The notes under the pieces: model-generated
Told to the model about the DNA's origin: nothing
The model's database searches: none
The model's input: only the letters and a program-made list of their open reading frames with translations
From: a virus
Lineage: Duplodnaviria > Heunggongvirae > Uroviricota > Caudoviricetes
DNA length: 64,000 nucleotides
Virus record (IMG/VR): IMGVR_UViG_3300032167_000010
Strand: one strand, 5' to 3'
Part shown: positions 43,131 to 52,077 of the stretch, piece by piece
Layout of the letters: every line of letters begins with the position of its first letter
Numbering within the stretch: position 1 is the first letter of the stretch
Position numbers and translations under genes: made by a program

Positions 43131-43392
43131 AATTGAACGTAAACCAGATCACAAAATATTTACTGCTACCATAAAATTAAACTACGATGAACTAAGAGAC
43201 TTAGACCACGGTATGTATCAGTTATGCAAAGACGAGGAAAACAAGAAAAATACTTCCTATCATGAAACACATAAAGAAATAGCTTTATTATTTGATTTAG
43301 TAAAACACGGTCATCTTGATAGCTGCTCAATAGATATGCTGCATGATTTGCAAAAAGCTATAGATGAGAGCATAAAAAAGGAGATTGAATAG
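43117..43392 (+). CDS. hypothetical protein
   Basis: ORF track. Confidence 0.5.
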   Translation: MTIIEIERKPDHKIFTATIKLNYDELRDLDHGMYQLCKDEENKKNTSYHETHKEIALLFDLVKHGHLDSCSIDMLHDLQKAIDESIKKEIE

Positions 43393-43676
43393 TGAAAGAA
43401 TTTAATTTAGGTCAAGCTGTGTATTATTGTCATTGTTATGGCGAATCTTATGGAAGTAAATCGTATAGATGGGGTAATATACGACTTGGTTTTATTACTG
43501 ATAAAAAATATATAGAAGCTCGCAATCAGTATATTTATATTGTTGGTACTATAAACCCTTATGACGAACTTGGAGCCATTTATAAAACACTTGGCCCACA
43601 TCTAATATTTGGATATAATGAGTATCACAACGCTCTAGAAAAATTAAAAGAGCTTTGTGAAGAGGTAGATGAATAA
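43392..43676 (+). CDS. hypothetical protein (GTG start)
   Basis: GTG 7 nt after AAGGAGA. Confidence 0.45.
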   Translation: MKEFNLGQAVYYCHCYGESYGSKSYRWGNIRLGFITDKKYIEARNQYIYIVGTINPYDELGAIYKTLGPHLIFGYNEYHNALEKLKELCEEVDE

Positions 43677-44239
43677 TGAAGCTAACTGAAGAACAAAAAC
43701 GTAATAAACAGCTGGTTGAACGTTATCCTTTTTTACTGCCTCGTAATGTATGGACTGATAAAATACCTGAAAACTACGATTATCACTATATTAGAGGCAT
43801 CGGGGAGCTTCCTGAAGGTTGGGAAAAATTATTCTTACAAATGTGTGAAGATATTAGACAGCCTCTGATTGATGCGGACTATTTAGACAAATTTAGATTT
43901 ACTCAAATTAAAGAAAAATATAACCGTATGGAATGCTATAACAATGGAGCTCCTGAGAAAGTACATAAAATTTTAGATAAGTACTCGATGATGGCTGGCT
44001 ATATTTGCACTGTCTGTGGAAAACCAGCCACATTTGAAACTGAAGGCTATATTGCTTCTTACTGCGATGAGTGCTTTAAAGATAAAGCGAGACACTACCC
44101 AGGTGAATGGATTAAATTTAATCCTAGCTACATAGTACACGGTTATGCAAATGGAAAAAGCTATAGAAAGATCATTTCATTTAAAAGAGAATGGAATAGA
44201 TATATTAAAAGTTTAGAAAGTGAGGCAATAAATATATGA
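43676..44239 (+). CDS. Zn-ribbon protein (187 aa)
   Basis: ORF track; CTVCG..CDEC. Confidence 0.55.
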   Translation: MKLTEEQKRNKQLVERYPFLLPRNVWTDKIPENYDYHYIRGIGELPEGWEKLFLQMCEDIRQPLIDADYLDKFRFTQIKEKYNRMECYNNGAPEKVHKILDKYSMMAGYICTVCGKPATFETEGYIASYCDECFKDKARHYPGEWIKFNPSYIVHGYANGKSYRKIISFKREWNRYIKSLESEAINI

Positions 44240-44457
44240 ACATTGTAAAAGTTGGTATTGGAGTCATGCGCGCTGAACAAGTAGCGAAGCTATTGAAAAC
44301 ACTTGCGCAGGCGAGCAGTACAAAGGTTTCTGAATGGATTGCTATACCGCACGAAGTGGATATTATAACAAACGTTTCTATAGAACAACTAAGATTGCTT
44401 AAATCTATTGTAGATAGACGTATTGAAGAACTTGAAACTAAGGAGGATGTAGAATGA
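44236..44457 (+). CDS. hypothetical protein
   Basis: ORF track; ATGA overlap. Confidence 0.45.
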   Translation: MNIVKVGIGVMRAEQVAKLLKTLAQASSTKVSEWIAIPHEVDIITNVSIEQLRLLKSIVDRRIEELETKEDVE

Positions 44458-44639
44458 GAGACTCAAATAGAATACCTGAATTGTTGAAAGTATTACAAAC
44501 TGGCTGGGAAAAGGTGCCTGACTGGCGTTTTGGTCAGTTAATTGAAAATCTTAAGCGATTTATAAACAAGCAAGATTTATTTTATATAGAAGATGATGAT
44601 TTAATAAATGCTTTGATTGAATTTTTTGATTTAATTTAA
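44454..44639 (+). CDS. hypothetical protein
   Basis: ORF track; SD TAAGGAGGATG. Confidence 0.45.
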   Translation: MRDSNRIPELLKVLQTGWEKVPDWRFGQLIENLKRFINKQDLFYIEDDDLINALIEFFDLI

Positions 44640-44666
44640 ATAATATTATTTTTGGAGAAAATTTAT

Positions 44667-45017
44667 ATGAAAATTTTTGGAATTAACTTTGAAACAAAGA
44701 AAGAACTTCGCGCTAAAAACTCTGAACTTATCGGTAAAATTAATAAGTTAGGGAAAGCCTTAGATTTCGCTAATGATGAACTTCATTATATGCAGATAAG
44801 GTTTCCACTTGAACTTGGTCAAGTGGTGTATGATGTAGCACTTAAAAACGCTCAGGGTAAATATACTAAAACTAAACCATCTCGTGAACATAGCACAATT
44901 ACCCCAGTTGAAGTAAATGAAAAGAATTATTTTGGACTCGTTAAGCGTCTTAATCATAATGATGTATTCTTGACTCAAGAAGCTGCCTTAGAATACCTTA
45001 AATCGGTGTGTAAATAA
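44667..45017 (+). CDS. hypothetical protein
   Basis: ORF track 44652..45017; ATG 9 nt after TGGAGAAAA. Confidence 0.5.
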   Translation: MKIFGINFETKKELRAKNSELIGKINKLGKALDFANDELHYMQIRFPLELGQVVYDVALKNAQGKYTKTKPSREHSTITPVEVNEKNYFGLVKRLNHNDVFLTQEAALEYLKSVCK

Positions 45018-46129
45018 TGGATTATAAAGGATATAAATTATTAGATAAAATTATGTTGGTTTGCAGAGACCTTCCTTCACGCACGGACGGTTATGGTCTT
45101 AATTGTGGAGCAAAAGCGTACCAAGCATACTTTGTGGATCCTTCTAGCAAAAACCAGTTAGACTCCGCAAGAAATTGGGCGGAATGGACAGAGTTTGGAC
45201 CTTCTTATACAAATGCCGAAGGTAGGTGGACGCACGAATGGGAAATCAAACATAAGCCTGCAGAATTTACTTTTGATAATGATGGTTTTACACTTGAACT
45301 ACTAGACTGCGCAGGTGGAAGTTCTCAGGGCGGTAAACTCTCTTTTTGGAATTGTTTAGTAAATAAAGACGACAAAACTTTTAAGATTGGTATTAACTCA
45401 GAGATGTTATTAAATCTGTTAAAAGACGCAGATTTTAATAAAGGCGTTTGTCAAAGCCCACTTATTTTTATTACACAGAAAGGCAGAGTGGGCTTGACAG
45501 TTAAAGATTCTGAAACCTACAGGCAATGTATTAGCGACAGAGATCTTAAAAAGAAATTTGGCTCTGAAACTACTTCTAAGTTTGCTTTCGGCGACCTACT
45601 TAAAACAGCGACGCTTAAAGAAGTATATCTTGGAACGCTTACTCAGTATTATACTGTTGATATTGGAATAAATAGAGACCGCCGGTATCACGAGCGAATT
45701 AACTTTAAAGAGTGCACAGTTGTTAAGTTAGCAAAGCCTATTACTTACCATGTCTTTGAGAGCCTATACAGCGAGGATAAAAAATTATCTGAATTTATAG
45801 AAGGTTATAAGAAGTATCAATATTCATACCCAGACCTTAAAAAGACCTGTCCTAAAAGAGTAATTGACGGCAAAATTGATTTAGATATTACAGAAGAAGA
45901 CTTTTATAATGAAGTAATAGATAAAGCATATAACTTCGAACTTTATAAGAAATTATACATTGATAGCTATGTTTCTTATGGTAATAAAGCACCTGCTATT
46001 GACGAAGATGTAGTTTTATACTATTTCTTAGGGTCTAGAATATTTGGTCTTGGAAAAGAACCTTTTGAACTTCCTGAAGATATTATGAGCAGACTTAAAG
46101 CTGCCGGTATAAAATACGTGGAGGAGTAG
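45017..46129 (+). CDS. hypothetical protein (370 aa)
   Basis: ORF track; ATGA-type overlap. Confidence 0.6.
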   Translation: MDYKGYKLLDKIMLVCRDLPSRTDGYGLNCGAKAYQAYFVDPSSKNQLDSARNWAEWTEFGPSYTNAEGRWTHEWEIKHKPAEFTFDNDGFTLELLDCAGGSSQGGKLSFWNCLVNKDDKTFKIGINSEMLLNLLKDADFNKGVCQSPLIFITQKGRVGLTVKDSETYRQCISDRDLKKKFGSETTSKFAFGDLLKTATLKEVYLGTLTQYYTVDIGINRDRRYHERINFKECTVVKLAKPITYHVFESLYSEDKKLSEFIEGYKKYQYSYPDLKKTCPKRVIDGKIDLDITEEDFYNEVIDKAYNFELYKKLYIDSYVSYGNKAPAIDEDVVLYYFLGSRIFGLGKEPFELPEDIMSRLKAAGIKYVEE

Positions 46130-46133
46130 ACCT

Positions 46134-46313
46134 ATGAAATATATTGTAGATATGGATGCTTTTGCAGACTGCTTAGAATGCTTACATGGTATGGTAATTA
46201 ATGGTAAAGATTATGTTTCTATTGAAATGGTAAAGGCATTTATTGAAAGATTTCCAAAAGATCCGGTAGTCCTACAAGCTGAGACTAATACTGAGCTAGA
46301 ACAAGCAGAATAA
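46134..46313 (+). CDS. hypothetical 59-aa protein
   Basis: ORF below track cutoff; SD GTGGAGGAG 8 nt upstream. Confidence 0.45.
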   Translation: MKYIVDMDAFADCLECLHGMVINGKDYVSIEMVKAFIERFPKDPVVLQAETNTELEQAE

Positions 46314-46435
46314 TCCAGATTTAAACGTTTTAGGCTAAGATGTATAAATTATTTATTATAGTATAAAGTGTCTTAAAACGCGAATTTGGGCTCCAAAATA
46401 CCTGTTAAAAACTAAATAAAATAATTAAAAAATTC

Positions 46436-46456
46436 TATTGATTATTGTATAATATA
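46436..46456 (+). promoter_or_regulatory. middle-class extended -10 promoter (attaTTGTATAATATAT)
   Basis: TGTATAAT core; sits before the 46490 gene in the longest non-coding gap. Confidence 0.4.
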
Positions 46457-46489
46457 TCAGTAGAATTTTTATTTTTGGGGTGTATAAAA

Positions 46490-46759
46490 ATGACGAGATA
46501 TAATATTTACTATTCACAATATAGTATTACGGCGCGGAAGTATATTTCATATATTAAAGTGATACATACCGAGGATGTTTATCACGAAATTGGCTGGATG
46601 ATTTGTAATGCACTTGAACATATCGATAAAATTAGATATACTCGACCGAGAGCGAGTGAAGAAGCTTGTGAGCAGTTTTGGATTGATAGTGGCTATATAA
46701 AAATTTCAGACAACCTTTGGATGCTTGAAAAGAAATCTGATGAAGACGATGATAAATAG
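46490..46759 (+). CDS. hypothetical protein
   Basis: ORF track 46445..46759; ATG after GGGGTG. Confidence 0.5.
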   Translation: MTRYNIYYSQYSITARKYISYIKVIHTEDVYHEIGWMICNALEHIDKIRYTRPRASEEACEQFWIDSGYIKISDNLWMLEKKSDEDDDK

Positions 46760-46772
46760 GAGGAATGTAAAA

Positions 46773-47126
46773 ATGACATTTATAGAAGAACTTAAACAAC
46801 TTTCTGAATCTGTGGCACTACGCCATAAGCTTGAAAGACAATTAAATGAAATTAAAGCTAAGATGAAAACTGCGGCGAGTAATGGTTATAGGGGTTTTAA
46901 AATTGACATTATTACGTTATTAGACTCAAGAGCTAGTATTATACGTTTACCAGATATTAATGCTGAAAATTATTACTGTATTTTTACTAATAATGAAACT
47001 TTTTACATTGATGCTATTAGCAGCTTCTTAGCTGAACTTGGATTTAATACTTCTGAAATTGCTTATGTTAAACGTAGCAATATTACGGACGGCTACAACT
47101 CAATGCTTATTACTATACTTTGGTAG
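46773..47126 (+). CDS. hypothetical protein
   Basis: ORF track 46725..47126; ATG after TAGGAGGAATG. Confidence 0.5.
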   Translation: MTFIEELKQLSESVALRHKLERQLNEIKAKMKTAASNGYRGFKIDIITLLDSRASIIRLPDINAENYYCIFTNNETFYIDAISSFLAELGFNTSEIAYVKRSNITDGYNSMLITILW

Positions 47127-47136
47127 GAGGATAACT

Positions 47137-47943
47137 ATGGAAAGAGACGCAGCTATTATGGAAAGAGTAAGACAGCATTTTGCTGAAGCTCTTAAATATT
47201 TTCCAGAAGATAGAATTGTTGGTGTATTTTTACAAGGAAGCCAAAATTACGGATTAGATTTACCAACGTCGGACGTAGATACTAAGCTAATTGTAGTACC
47301 GACTTTTCACAATATTGCTTTAAACAGTAAGCCTGTTAGCACCACGCACGTCAGAGCAAACGACGAACATATTGATTTTAAAGATATTCGTCTTTATATG
47401 GAAACTTTTAGGAAACAGAATTTAAACTTCCTTGAGATTTTATTTACGGACTACTATATCATCAATCCGCTTTACGAAGAACAATGGAATAGACTAGTAA
47501 AAGCTCGTGAAGAAATTGCGCGTATGAATCCTTATCGTGCGGTAAAATCTATGAAGGGTATTGCTCTAGAAAAATTTCATGCAATGGAGCATCCCTATCC
47601 AACGAAGCTTGACTTAATCGAAAAATATGGTTTTGATGGAAAACAGGTACACCACCTTATCAGAGTTGCCGACTATCTTACTAGATATATAAATGGTGAA
47701 TCTTACGCAGGCTGTTTAAAACCAAGTAAGCATTTAGTAGAACATATGTTAGAATATAAACGTCACGAAATCGACCTTGAAACGGCAAGAAAAGAAGCGA
47801 AATTAGTATTAGACTTTACAACTAAGATAGCCGATGATTTTTGCTCGACTCACAAAGATGAAGAAGACTCAATGATGCGAGAGCTGCTTCAAGACGTGTC
47901 ATATAATATTATGAAAATTGCAACATTAAAAGAACTTACATGA
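47137..47943 (+). CDS. Pol-beta-superfamily nucleotidyltransferase (RlaP-like)
   Basis: GSQNYGLDLPTSDVDTKLIVVP (GS..YG....SD.D) plus downstream NLNFLEILFT; ATG after GGTAGGAGGAT. Confidence 0.6.
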   Translation: MERDAAIMERVRQHFAEALKYFPEDRIVGVFLQGSQNYGLDLPTSDVDTKLIVVPTFHNIALNSKPVSTTHVRANDEHIDFKDIRLYMETFRKQNLNFLEILFTDYYIINPLYEEQWNRLVKAREEIARMNPYRAVKSMKGIALEKFHAMEHPYPTKLDLIEKYGFDGKQVHHLIRVADYLTRYINGESYAGCLKPSKHLVEHMLEYKRHEIDLETARKEAKLVLDFTTKIADDFCSTHKDEEDSMMRELLQDVSYNIMKIATLKELT

Positions 47944-47956
47944 GGAGATAGGAATA

Positions 47957-48265
47957 ATGAAAGTAATAAATTTGAAACGCGGTCAGGGAAAGACTACAAG
48001 ACTTTTATATGCAAGTGAATTCGATGAAATACCTATATTATGTGAAACGCGAGAAACTAAAAAATTTTTACTTGATACTGCATTTCAGCTTGGACTAACC
48101 ATACCAGAGCCTATCACTGTAAATGATTTAATTTCTAATAAATCAACAATGCACTATTCGGACATTCTCATAGACGAAGCTCCGCATGTGTTGCAGTGCT
48201 TATTAAGGAATTTAGGCGTAGTTGACGATATAAGAGCTATCACATTAACATCTGATAAAATATAA
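47957..48265 (+). CDS. mini P-loop NTPase (102 aa) with Walker A and B
   Basis: KRGQGKTT and DILIDEA; SD TGAGGAGATAGG. Confidence 0.5.
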   Translation: MKVINLKRGQGKTTRLLYASEFDEIPILCETRETKKFLLDTAFQLGLTIPEPITVNDLISNKSTMHYSDILIDEAPHVLQCLLRNLGVVDDIRAITLTSDKI

Positions 48266-48303
48266 CTTATTAAGCATGGTATAACTTACCGTGCTCTTTT
48301 CTT

Positions 48304-49068
48304 TTGAATCCCTGGCCGATTTACTGTATATTAAATAGAAAGGTCGGTGATACATGTTTGAAACGAAACATAGAGTTAATAGTAAAACTAATATTACTTA
48401 GCATTTTAATTCTTTTGCTTCTTTTTATTAACCACAAAAGTAATAAGGCTGAAACAATGACCAGCCAAAAGTCCGCTATAGCTCCAAAAGCTAGTTATAC
48501 TTTAAAAATACCTGAAAATACTTTACCTGAAGATAGCTCAGCCTTAGTGGAGTCTGATACTACAGAACCGGTTGTAGAACAGCCTATTATCGAAGCTGTA
48601 GAAAAATCAGACCCTTATAAAACATGGGAAGAAGAATATTTTTATGCAGCTAACGTTTATAAGTATTTCATGCAAAGAGGCTTTACTAAAGAAGCAACGG
48701 CTGGTATAATTGGAAACATGATGATAGAAACTTCTGGAGGTTCGTTAGACCTTAAACCGAATATTTATAGTAAAAGTGGAAATTACTACGGGCTTTGTCA
48801 GTGGTCTAAAAAGTATTATCCAGAAGCACATGGGCTTTCTTTTAAACGGCAATTAAACTATTTATTTAAAACAATGCCTGCAGAATTTAAAACTTTTGGG
48901 TGGTTATATAAAGACGGTTTTAATTTTAAAGACTTTACTAAAATGACTAATGTTAAAGAAGCGGCTATTGCTTTTACTAAAGTATATGAACGTTGTAGCC
49001 CAGTTAGCTACAAACAACGTCAACAGGCTGCATTAAAAGCATACAACTATTTTAAAGCACTCAAATAA
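48304..49068 (+). CDS. membrane-anchored lysozyme-like / lytic-transglycosylase-like peptidoglycan hydrolase (start uncertain)
   Basis: hydrophobic anchor VKLILLSILILLLLFI; domain IGNMMIETSGGS...GNYYGLCQWS resembles the ES..GxxGLMQ SLT-type signature; alternative TTG start at 48358. Confidence 0.45.
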   Translation: MNPWPIYCILNRKVGDTCLKRNIELIVKLILLSILILLLLFINHKSNKAETMTSQKSAIAPKASYTLKIPENTLPEDSSALVESDTTEPVVEQPIIEAVEKSDPYKTWEEEYFYAANVYKYFMQRGFTKEATAGIIGNMMIETSGGSLDLKPNIYSKSGNYYGLCQWSKKYYPEAHGLSFKRQLNYLFKTMPAEFKTFGWLYKDGFNFKDFTKMTNVKEAAIAFTKVYERCSPVSYKQRQQAALKAYNYFKALK

Positions 49069-49082
49069 TGGGTGCTTTTATT
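49053..49082 (+). terminator. rho-independent terminator
   Basis: aaagcactc-aaataat-gggtgcttt + T-run, overlapping the stop codon. Confidence 0.55.
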
Positions 49083-49123
49083 GTATAATATTATATATAA
49101 AATAACTAGGAGTTTTTATTATA

Positions 49124-49675
49124 ATGGTATATAAAACAGAACAAGAACGTATTGCTGAATTTATAGAGGAAGCCTCAAAGTATAGTACTTTGAATATTTC
49201 AAAAGAGTTTATGGATTGGTTAAAAGAACAAGGCTTCTTTACTAAACCTGCAGCAATTAAACATCATGGAAACTATGAAGGTGGTTTATTTGATCACAGT
49301 TTAGCAGTTGCTCAAAGTTTACTTACTATGACGGGAGCTTTAAATCTTAAGTGGCAAAACCCACGTTCACCTTTTGTAGTTGGTATGTTCCACGACCTCT
49401 GTAAATTGGATGACTATGCAATAAAACAAGAAGATTCTGGTAAATTCTTTTGGTACAATAATGATAAAATTCTTAATGGTCACGGGGATAAGTCACTTAT
49501 AATGTTATCTCAGTTTTTAAAGCTGACGGAAGAAGAAATCTTATGTATTAGATATCACATGGGAGCTTATCAAACTGATGACTGGGATTCTTATGATAAA
49601 GCAATTAGAAAATATGAAACAGTTCTTTGGACTCATACTGCCGATATGTATGCTTCTAAGATTTTAAATATTTAA
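49124..49675 (+). CDS. HD-domain phosphohydrolase
   Basis: H..G..H then FHDLCKLDD (HD signature); SD CTAGGAGTTT; upstream TTGTATAATAT. Confidence 0.7.
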   Translation: MVYKTEQERIAEFIEEASKYSTLNISKEFMDWLKEQGFFTKPAAIKHHGNYEGGLFDHSLAVAQSLLTMTGALNLKWQNPRSPFVVGMFHDLCKLDDYAIKQEDSGKFFWYNNDKILNGHGDKSLIMLSQFLKLTEEEILCIRYHMGAYQTDDWDSYDKAIRKYETVLWTHTADMYASKILNI

Positions 49676-49689
49676 TGAGGGAAATTTTT

Positions 49690-50103
49690 ATGTATATTAA
49701 TAAAATTAATAAAGATTCTGCTTGGATAGTCTATGAAACTTTTGAAAATAATGAACATAGTTTTAAAGCACAATGTCCACATTGTGGGTATACTTATGAG
49801 ATAGCTTGTTCTATGGATCTAGAGAGTTATGAATACACTACTGAACCGCTTAAAGAAGGTTGTCCGCTTTGTCTTAAAAGTATGAGAAAGACTAAAGAAA
49901 CGCCTTTTATTGTTGGATCTGGCATTGGACGTAATCTTTTAGATGAACTCCCACCTAAAACTTTGAGTATTGACTGTGATACCATTATTCTTAACCAAAG
50001 AAGTCTTGATATTTCTTTTAAACTAGAAAGAGTAAATTTAGAAAAGTTTGATAACTTAACTATCAATGGATTTACTTTTGTGAGGGAGAAAACAGATGAA
50101 TAA
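49690..50103 (+). CDS. Zn-binding hypothetical protein
   Basis: ORF track 49675..50103; CPHCG..CPLC; ATG after GAGGGAAA. Confidence 0.5.
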   Translation: MYINKINKDSAWIVYETFENNEHSFKAQCPHCGYTYEIACSMDLESYEYTTEPLKEGCPLCLKSMRKTKETPFIVGSGIGRNLLDELPPKTLSIDCDTIILNQRSLDISFKLERVNLEKFDNLTINGFTFVREKTDE

Positions 50104-50479
50104 TTTCTTTGTAATTTTACTTATGATTTTCTGTCATATTTTAGATGATTATGGCCTACAAGTACCTTGCTTATGTAATTTAAAACAAAGGAAATTTTGG
50201 AAAGAGAAAGCGCCGGAAAAGATGTATAAATAAGATTATATCTGGGCCCTAATTATGCACTCATTTAGTTGGGCTTTTATGATCATGCTTCCAATCGCGG
50301 CAGTAATGAAATTTGAAGTTGATATTTTATTTGGAATTATTTTTGGAATAAACGTAGTATTACACGCAATAATAGATAATGAGAAAGCAAATAAATTTCA
50401 TATTAATCTTTGGGTTGATCAATTATTACATATAGTACAAATACTTGGAACTGCTTTTATTTTATTAGGTACATATTAA
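50096..50479 (+). pseudogene. small integral membrane protein gene interrupted by in-frame TAA at 50231-50233
   Basis: 45-aa ORF (SD GAGGGAGAAAA) and track ORF 50255..50479 are in the same frame with one stop between; downstream part has no SD. Confidence 0.4.
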
Positions 50480-50868
50480 TGAAAAGAAAATCAATATCAA
50501 AAAAGATGCGTGAGGCTGTTTATAATAAGTATGACGGCCATTGTGCTTATTGTGGAAAAAAGTTAGAACCAAAAGGCTGGCAGTTAGACCACCTAATTCC
50601 GTATCAAAGAGAACGATTTGGTAGGTATACAGAAGGGCAGATTGAATGCTTTGAAAACTATATGCCGGCATGTAGGCGTTGTAACCACTATAAGAGAGCA
50701 CATTCATTAGAAGTATTTAGAGAAATGATTGGAGAGATTCCTAAGAAACTTTATCGAGATAATTACATATATAAAGTCGGACTTGATTACGATCTAATCG
50801 AATCAAAAGAACATATGATTAGATTTTATTTTGAATTAAGTGAAGAAGAAAGAAAAGCGAGGAATTAA
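50479..50868 (+). CDS. HNH endonuclease
   Basis: CAYCG..DHLIPY..N..CRRCNHYK HNH signature; ATGA overlap. Confidence 0.75.
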   Translation: MKRKSISKKMREAVYNKYDGHCAYCGKKLEPKGWQLDHLIPYQRERFGRYTEGQIECFENYMPACRRCNHYKRAHSLEVFREMIGEIPKKLYRDNYIYKVGLDYDLIESKEHMIRFYFELSEEERKARN

Positions 50869-50869
50869 T

Positions 50870-51232
50870 ATGTTTTTTAATAAAAAGAAATCTACTAGCT
50901 CTTGTTCGGAAATTACAGTAAACGGTAAAACTATTAGAGTTAGGGGTAATAACATTACAGTAGTCAATGATAAAATAATTGTTGACGGTATAGTCCTTGA
51001 TGAATCTATGGATTTTAAAAATATTACCGTGATTGTTGAAGGCGACTGTAATAAGCTAGATGCTTGTGGAGATGTTGAAATAAAAGGTAGCTGCGGTTCT
51101 GTCGACTGTAGCGGCAGCTGTCATATTGAAGGTAATGTACATGGAGACGTTGACGCTAGTGGATCTGTAACTTGTGGAGATGTTGCTGGGAATATCGATG
51201 CTAGTGGCAGTGTTAGATGTACAAAAAGATAA
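50870..51232 (+). CDS. beta-helix-like repeat protein (bactofilin-like GxV/GxI repeats)
   Basis: ORF track 50840..51232; ATG after GCGAGGAATTAAT; repeats GDVDASGSV.CGDVAGNIDASGSV. Confidence 0.45.
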   Translation: MFFNKKKSTSSCSEITVNGKTIRVRGNNITVVNDKIIVDGIVLDESMDFKNITVIVEGDCNKLDACGDVEIKGSCGSVDCSGSCHIEGNVHGDVDASGSVTCGDVAGNIDASGSVRCTKR

Positions 51233-51257
51233 TTTGATAATTTAATAAAAATTAACT

Positions 51258-51267
51258 GCTAAATTAT
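51258..51267 (+). promoter_or_regulatory. late-type promoter motif (copy 5)
   Basis: taactGCTAAATTATTTgta 35 nt upstream of ATG 51302. Confidence 0.5.
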
Positions 51268-51301
51268 TTGTAAGAAAAAGCTCAGTGAGGAGTTTATAAA
51301 T

Positions 51302-52042
51302 ATGAATAATTTATGGAGCACGTTTTTAGAGCTAGACGCTTTATATGAAGACGTTTATGACTTTAAATCTACGAATAAAAACAATTGGATATCTATGCAA
51401 CCAAAAGCTAATGTTCAACAACCAATTGCTCAATCACAACCTATTACTAAACCTGCTATTACAAGTCCTAATGGTAAGTGTGTCGTAGTTATTGTCTCAG
51501 ATAAAGGCAGACTTAGAGCTTTTGGTACTGATGGGGTTAATCCAGGAGCTTTTGTAGCTTTTCCAAATAATTTAAGACAATTCGAAGGCCAAAAATACGA
51601 AGTTGACCAATTAATTTGGAATGGAAAAAACTATAGAGTATCTGGTAATATTAAAGAAATTAAACCAGTACCATTAACAACAACGCCTACTTCGCAATCA
51701 GCAAGCTCAGTTAATACTCAAAATAATAGTCAAAGTACTACTAGTATTGATATACCAGCTATTTTAAAAGCTTGGCTAAGTTTTATGAATGACGTGGGTT
51801 TACCTGGTGATACTTGGTATGATTATGACTTAGGAGACGATGATAAAGTTCCTTTAATTTTATCTGACTCAGATTTATTGAATGATTTAGCAGCTAAAAT
51901 TGAAATAGCTTTAAAAAACGAGGGTTTATTTGATATCTTCAGTACTTCTGATCCCGCTGAGGCACTGGATGACGATAATGATAAGGCGCTAGAAATAATT
52001 TCTTGTATTGCTGATGAAATTGTAGAACTCTTAGAGTTATAA
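51302..52042 (+). CDS. hypothetical protein with N-terminal MNNLWSTFLELDALYED motif
   Basis: ORF track; SD GTGAGGAGTT; acidic C-terminus. Confidence 0.6.
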   Translation: MNNLWSTFLELDALYEDVYDFKSTNKNNWISMQPKANVQQPIAQSQPITKPAITSPNGKCVVVIVSDKGRLRAFGTDGVNPGAFVAFPNNLRQFEGQKYEVDQLIWNGKNYRVSGNIKEIKPVPLTTTPTSQSASSVNTQNNSQSTTSIDIPAILKAWLSFMNDVGLPGDTWYDYDLGDDDKVPLILSDSDLLNDLAAKIEIALKNEGLFDIFSTSDPAEALDDDNDKALEIISCIADEIVELLEL

Positions 52043-52077
52043 AGATAAATAAAAATTAATAAGGAGACTTATAAAAA

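Noticed and set aside
46314-46489. Longest non-coding gap examined for a hidden RNA gene or origin-like repeats.
   Set aside because: Only promoter-like TATAAT elements and no convincing hairpin, iteron or ORF were found, so nothing specific can be supported from sequence alone.
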